This document shows positions 59,660 to 64,000 of a stretch of DNA of 64,000 nucleotides, in pieces. Both the position numbers and the translations under genes were made by a program. Source of the DNA: Halorussus marinus (GTDB lineage Archaea; Halobacteriota; Halobacteria; Halobacteriales; Haladaptataceae); the NCBI RefSeq assembly GCF_004765795.1, contig NZ_SBIV01000002.1, forward strand, positions 310,001-374,000, read 5' to 3'. The notes under the pieces are model-generated. The model was not told the origin of the DNA, made no database searches, and worked only from the letters and a program-made list of their open reading frames with translations. Numbering within the stretch: position 1 is the stretch's first letter; each line of letters begins with the position of its first letter.

Positions 59660-60895
59660 TCAGTAGGCGTAGCTCGGGAGCGAGCCCTCGGTGACGATGC
59701 CAGTTTCGTCGTCGGTGTCGAGCTTCTCGATCGCCTCCGCGAAGTCCTCGTAGACGACCTCCGTCCGGCCGTCGCGGATGGCGAACATCCCCGCCTCGGT
59801 CGTGAGACTCTCGATGTGAGCCCCGCTGTACCCGTCGGTGTCGTCGGCCAGCGCCTCGAAGTCGACGTCGGCGGCGACGTTCATGCCGCGGGTGTGGACG
59901 TCGAGTATCTTCCGGCGGGCCTCGGCGTCGGGCAGTCCCACCTCGATGAGCCGATCGAACCGACCGGGCCGGAGGATGGCCCGATCGAGCATGTCGTAGC
60001 GGTTCGTGGCGGCGATGATCCGGATCTCCCCGCGGTCCTCGAAGCCGTCCATCTCCGAGAGAAGTTGCATCATCGTCCGCTGGACCTCCGCGTCGCCCGA
60101 GGTCTTCGAGTCGGTCCGCTTCGAGGCCACCGCGTCGATCTCGTCGATGAAGACGATAGCGGGCTCGCGCTCGCTCGCGAGTTCGAAGAGGTCCCGGACG
60201 AGCTTTGCGCCCTCGCCGATGAACTTCTGGACCAGTTCGGAGCCGGCCATCTTGATGAACGTGGCGTCGGTCTGGTTCGCGACCGCCTTCGCCAGCATCG
60301 TCTTGCCCGTGCCGGGCGGGCCGTGGAGCAACACCCCGCTCGGCGGCTCGACCCCGACCGACTCGAACTGCTGGGGGTTCTCGAGGGGCTGTTCGACCGC
60401 CTCCCGGACCTCCTGCAGTTGGTCTTCGAGCCCGCCGATGTCCTCGTAGTGGACGTCGGGCGACTCGTCGATCTCCATCGCCTGCGCGCGGGCGTCCTTC
60501 TCGGATTCGAGGATGGTCTGGACCGTGAACGAGTCGTTGACCGCGACGCGGTCGCCCGACTCGATCCGCTCGCGGAGCCGCGGGGAGACCTCGGTCAGCA
60601 CCTCCTGGTTGTTGCCGTGCTGTTTGATGATGATGCCGTCGTCGGTGAGCTCCTCGGCGGTCGCGACGTACAGCGAGGTGGTTTTCAGGGTCTCGTTCTC
60701 GCGTTCGAGGTGGTCGACGTCTTCGCGGAGGCTCTCGCGGCGCTCGCGGGCGGCCGCCAGACGCTCCTCAAGCGTGTCGTTGACGTCCACGATCTCGGCG
60801 AAGTGGTCGCGGAGCGCCGCGAGCCGTTCCCTGTCGCTCATTTCGGGGTCGAGTTCGAGTGTCGGTTGGTCCGGGACGGGTGGGCTTCGCGACAT
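59660..60895 (-). CDS. pan: Proteasome-activating nucleotidase (PanB-type)
   Basis: Coiled coil, OB domain, GPPGTGKT, FIDEID, RPGRFDR, C-terminal YAY. Confidence 0.95.
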   Translation of the reverse strand: MSRSPPVPDQPTLELDPEMSDRERLAALRDHFAEIVDVNDTLEERLAAARERRESLREDVDHLERENETLKTTSLYVATAEELTDDGIIIKQHGNNQEVLTEVSPRLRERIESGDRVAVNDSFTVQTILESEKDARAQAMEIDESPDVHYEDIGGLEDQLQEVREAVEQPLENPQQFESVGVEPPSGVLLHGPPGTGKTMLAKAVANQTDATFIKMAGSELVQKFIGEGAKLVRDLFELASEREPAIVFIDEIDAVASKRTDSKTSGDAEVQRTMMQLLSEMDGFEDRGEIRIIAATNRYDMLDRAILRPGRFDRLIEVGLPDAEARRKILDVHTRGMNVAADVDFEALADDTDGYSGAHIESLTTEAGMFAIRDGRTEVVYEDFAEAIEKLDTDDETGIVTEGSLPSYAY

Positions 60896-60978
60896 GATTG
60901 CTATCCCCTCCTAGGCCACCCGCTTAAAAGTGCCTTTGGGTCTCGGTCGTTTGACCGCAAAAAAGCGTTTCGCTCGGG

Positions 60979-62673
60979 TCAGTCCGCGCCGGTCGGCGTC
61001 CGGGCGCTGGCGGTCGGGCCCTCCCGGGCGTCGTCGGGGAGCGTGAACGTCCCGAGCAAGGCGTCGAGCTCGTCTGCCTTCGTCGACAGCGAGCCCAGTT
61101 GCCCGGAGACGTCAGACAGCGACTTGGCCTGCTGGTCGCTCGCGGCCGCGGCGGTCTCGGACTCGGCGGCGGTCTGCTCGCTGATCGAGGCGACCTCCTC
61201 GACCATCGCCACCACGTCGGTGGTCGACTCGGCCTGCTGGTCGGTCGCCTCGCTGATCTCCCGGACGCTCGCGTCCACGTCGCCGACGACGTCGGCGATG
61301 TCCTCGAAGTCCCGGAGCGCGTCCTCGACGGTCTCGACGCTCCGAGAGACCTGCTCGCTGGTCTCGCGGACGTCCGCGAGCGTGCGCTCGGAGCGCTCCT
61401 GTATCGCCTCGATCCGGCCGGTGATCTCGTCGGCGGCCTCGCCGGTGTCCTCCGCGAGGTTCTTGACCTCGTCGGCGACCACGCCGAACCCCTCGCCGGC
61501 CTCGCCCGCGCGGGCGGCCTCGACCGACGCGTTGAGCGCGAGGAGGTTGGTCTCGCTCGCCACCTCGTCGATGAACGACGCCACCTCGTCGATCTCGTGG
61601 ATGTCGGCCGCGAGCTCCTCGACCGCCTCGGCGGCGCGCTCGATGCCGTCTTCGACCCGATCGAGCTCGGCGACCGCCTCGCGGGCGGCCTCCCGGCCCG
61701 AGTCGGTCCGATCGGTCGCGGTGCCGGCGGTCTCGGCGACCTCGTCGGCCGAGGCCGCGATCTCCTCGACGGTGGCCGAGAGGGTGCTCATCTCCGCGAC
61801 CACCTCGTCGAGGCGCTCGGTCTGCTCGGCCGCGCCGTCCGAGATCTCGCCGACGGCGTCCGCGACGTCGTCGCTCGCCTGACTGACCTCCCGGACGTCG
61901 CCCTCGGCGCGCTCGCTCGCGGACGCGACCTCGTCGGCGAACGCCGCGAGTTCGCTCACGGTCTCGCCGAGCGTCCCGAGCAGGGCGTTGTAGTTGTCCA
62001 CGACCTCCTCGTGGAGATCGGTCTCGGCGACCGACCCGTCGATGGCCGCGCTCAGATCGCCCTCCTTGGCGCGGTCGGCCGAGTCGGCGAACGTGGTCAC
62101 GAGCCGCCGGAGGTTCTCCGACCGGCGTTCGAGGTCGGCGGTCGTGGCCTCGAGCTCGTCGGTGTACTCCCGGAGGCTCCGGGCCATCCGATCGAGCGAG
62201 TCGCCGAACTCGCCGGGGACCTCGCGATCGAGCGCGGGGTCGTCGAACTCCTGGCGCGAGAGGGCGTCGGCCTGATCGGCGACCACGCCGAGGTACGCCC
62301 GCATGTCCCCGAACGACGCGACGAGGTTGCCCAGTTCGTCGGTCTGGTCGGTCTCGGGCGGCGACGCGTCGAGGTCGCCCGCGGCGATGGCGTCGGCGCT
62401 CCGTTCGAGCGCCAGAATGGGTTCGACGAGGTCCCGGCGCGCGATGAGCACGGTGTTCACGAACGCGACGACCGACAGCCCGAGCAACACGAGCGTGACC
62501 GCGATCCGACCGATTCCGGCCGCGAAAAACGGGAGCACCGCGAGCGCCGCCGAGACGGCGAACTGGAGGGCGATCGCCGCGACGACCTTGCGCTCGACCG
62601 ACTCGCTCACCCCGAGCCTGTCCATCGACCACCACAGCGCGTCCTCGTATCGCGACCGAACTGACCGTTCCAT
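60979..62673 (-). CDS. Methyl-accepting chemotaxis transducer (Htr)
   Basis: Two TM, HAMP domains, [30 protein letters not shown]. Confidence 0.95.
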   Translation of the reverse strand: MERSVRSRYEDALWWSMDRLGVSESVERKVVAAIALQFAVSAALAVLPFFAAGIGRIAVTLVLLGLSVVAFVNTVLIARRDLVEPILALERSADAIAAGDLDASPPETDQTDELGNLVASFGDMRAYLGVVADQADALSRQEFDDPALDREVPGEFGDSLDRMARSLREYTDELEATTADLERRSENLRRLVTTFADSADRAKEGDLSAAIDGSVAETDLHEEVVDNYNALLGTLGETVSELAAFADEVASASERAEGDVREVSQASDDVADAVGEISDGAAEQTERLDEVVAEMSTLSATVEEIAASADEVAETAGTATDRTDSGREAAREAVAELDRVEDGIERAAEAVEELAADIHEIDEVASFIDEVASETNLLALNASVEAARAGEAGEGFGVVADEVKNLAEDTGEAADEITGRIEAIQERSERTLADVRETSEQVSRSVETVEDALRDFEDIADVVGDVDASVREISEATDQQAESTTDVVAMVEEVASISEQTAAESETAAAASDQQAKSLSDVSGQLGSLSTKADELDALLGTFTLPDDAREGPTASARTPTGAD

Positions 62674-62757
62674 GGCCCGAACAAGTCAGCGACGGTACTT
62701 AAAATACACTCCGGCTTCTTACGGGCTGAAAACCGCGCCGGGCCCGCCGTGAACCGC

Positions 62758-64000
62758 TCACTCCCGAACGAGCGTCTCCATCTCGTCGAGGTACTCGTCG
62801 TACACGTCGAGCGCGCGCTGGATCGGTTCGGGCGAGGACATGTCGACGCCAGCGATGTCGAGGAGATCGAGGGGGTACTCCCGCGAGCCGCTCTCGAGGA
62901 ATCGGCGGTAGTCCTCGACCGCGGGCTCGCCCTCTTCGAGGATCCGGTCGGCGAGCGCGACCGCCGCGCTGATCCCCGTGCTGTACTGGTAGACGTAGTA
63001 CGCCCGGTAGAAGTGCGGGATCCGGGACCACTCGCGGGCGATCCGGTCGTCGACGACCGCCGGCTCGTAGAACTCGGCCTTGAGGTCGCCGTAGATCTCG
63101 TCGGCCTTCTGGGGCGTGAGGGCGCCGCCCTCCTCGACGACCTGGTGGGCCTGGTGCTCGAAGTCCGCGAACATGGTCTGGCGGTACAGCGTCGACCGGA
63201 AGCGTTCGAGATACTCGTTGAGGACGTGGCGCCGGAACGTCGGGTCCTCGACGGTTTCGAGCAGGTGGTGGGTCAGCAGGGTCTCGTTGACCGTGCTCGC
63301 GACCTCGGCCACGAAGATCTCGTAGTCGCCGTAGACGTACGGCTGGGCCTCGCTGGTGAGCTGGGAGTGTAGCGAGTGGCCGAGTTCGTGGGCCAGCGTG
63401 AACATCGAGGAGATGTCGTCCTGCCAGTTCATCAGGATGAACGGCTGGGTGTCGTACGTGCCCGCGCTGTACGCCCCCGAGCGCTTGTTCTGGGTCTCGT
63501 AGACGTCGACCCACCGAGAGTCGAGGCCGTCGGCGACCCGGCTCTGGTAGTCGTCGCCGAGCGCGTCGAGCGCGGTGACGACGTGGTCGGTCGCCTCCTC
63601 GTAGGAGACCTCGGGAGTCTCGGTCTCGGTCATCGGCATGTAGACGTCCCACATCCGGAGCTCGTCGACGCCGAGGCTCGCGCGCTTGAGTTCGGCGTGG
63701 CGGTGGAGCTTGTCGAGGTTGTCCCGGACCGTGTCGACGAGGTTGTCGTACACCGCCGCGGGGACGTTGGGACCGTCCATGGCGGCCTCGCGGGCGGTGT
63801 CGTACCCGCGGATGCGCGCGAGCTTCACGTCGGCTTTCACGCTGTTCTCGTAGGCGGTGCCGATGGTGTTGTGCATCTCGCCCAGCCGGTCGAAAAAGCC
63901 CTCGTAGACGGTCTCGCGGAACTCCCGGTCGGGGTTTTTCAACAGGGTCGTGAGGTTGTCCTGCGTGATCTCGACCGCCTCGCCGTCGGGCTTCTCGACG
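62758..64000 (-). CDS. pepF: Oligoendopeptidase F (M3B), 5' end outside the window
   Basis: KRSGAYS, HELGHSLH, FVAEVAST, IPHFY..YYVYQY. Confidence 0.95.
   Translation of the reverse strand, partial: VEKPDGEAVEITQDNLTTLLKNPDREFRETVYEGFFDRLGEMHNTIGTAYENSVKADVKLARIRGYDTAREAAMDGPNVPAAVYDNLVDTVRDNLDKLHRHAELKRASLGVDELRMWDVYMPMTETETPEVSYEEATDHVVTALDALGDDYQSRVADGLDSRWVDVYETQNKRSGAYSAGTYDTQPFILMNWQDDISSMFTLAHELGHSLHSQLTSEAQPYVYGDYEIFVAEVASTVNETLLTHHLLETVEDPTFRRHVLNEYLERFRSTLYRQTMFADFEHQAHQVVEEGGALTPQKADEIYGDLKAEFYEPAVVDDRIAREWSRIPHFYRAYYVYQYSTGISAAVALADRILEEGEPAVEDYRRFLESGSREYPLDLLDIAGVDMSSPEPIQRALDVYDEYLDEMETLVRE

Overview
A very GC-rich, densely coding 64-kb stretch of a haloarchaeal (Halobacteria) core chromosome. 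The assignment is inferred from acidic proteins, class I LysRS, archaeal CCA enzyme, PAN, ABCE1, uL16/L10e, PitA and a BHB tRNA intron. It holds about 60 protein genes, including uvrA, valS, lysS, pyrH, gnd, cca, PAN, a PINA-type ATPase, oxoprolinase A/B, many peptidases, transporters and a chemotaxis transducer. There are three tRNA genes: Phe-GAA, Asn-GTT, and a CAT tRNA (probably Ile2) with a 29-nt intron. I see no transposase, integrase, CRISPR array or rRNA. The most interesting signals are non-coding or micro-scale. (1) A leaderless 9-codon uORF (MRLTASVVR, tandem GTA Val codons) precedes valS and can base-pair with the valS initiation region, a candidate archaeal valine-sensing attenuator. 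(2) Three intergenic elements are built from tandem G.A-mismatch hairpins with covarying stems. Two sit inside 155/160-bp-period duplications of an upstream gene's 3' end (tRNA-CAT, gnd) and the third abuts a 21-bp tandem array. (3) Small items missed by the ORF track include a 33-aa CPxC zinc-finger protein, a uORF coupled to the oxoprolinase operon, an 18-bp direct repeat flanking the aminopeptidase gene and candidate operators. All product calls come from motif recognition by eye; no database search was run.
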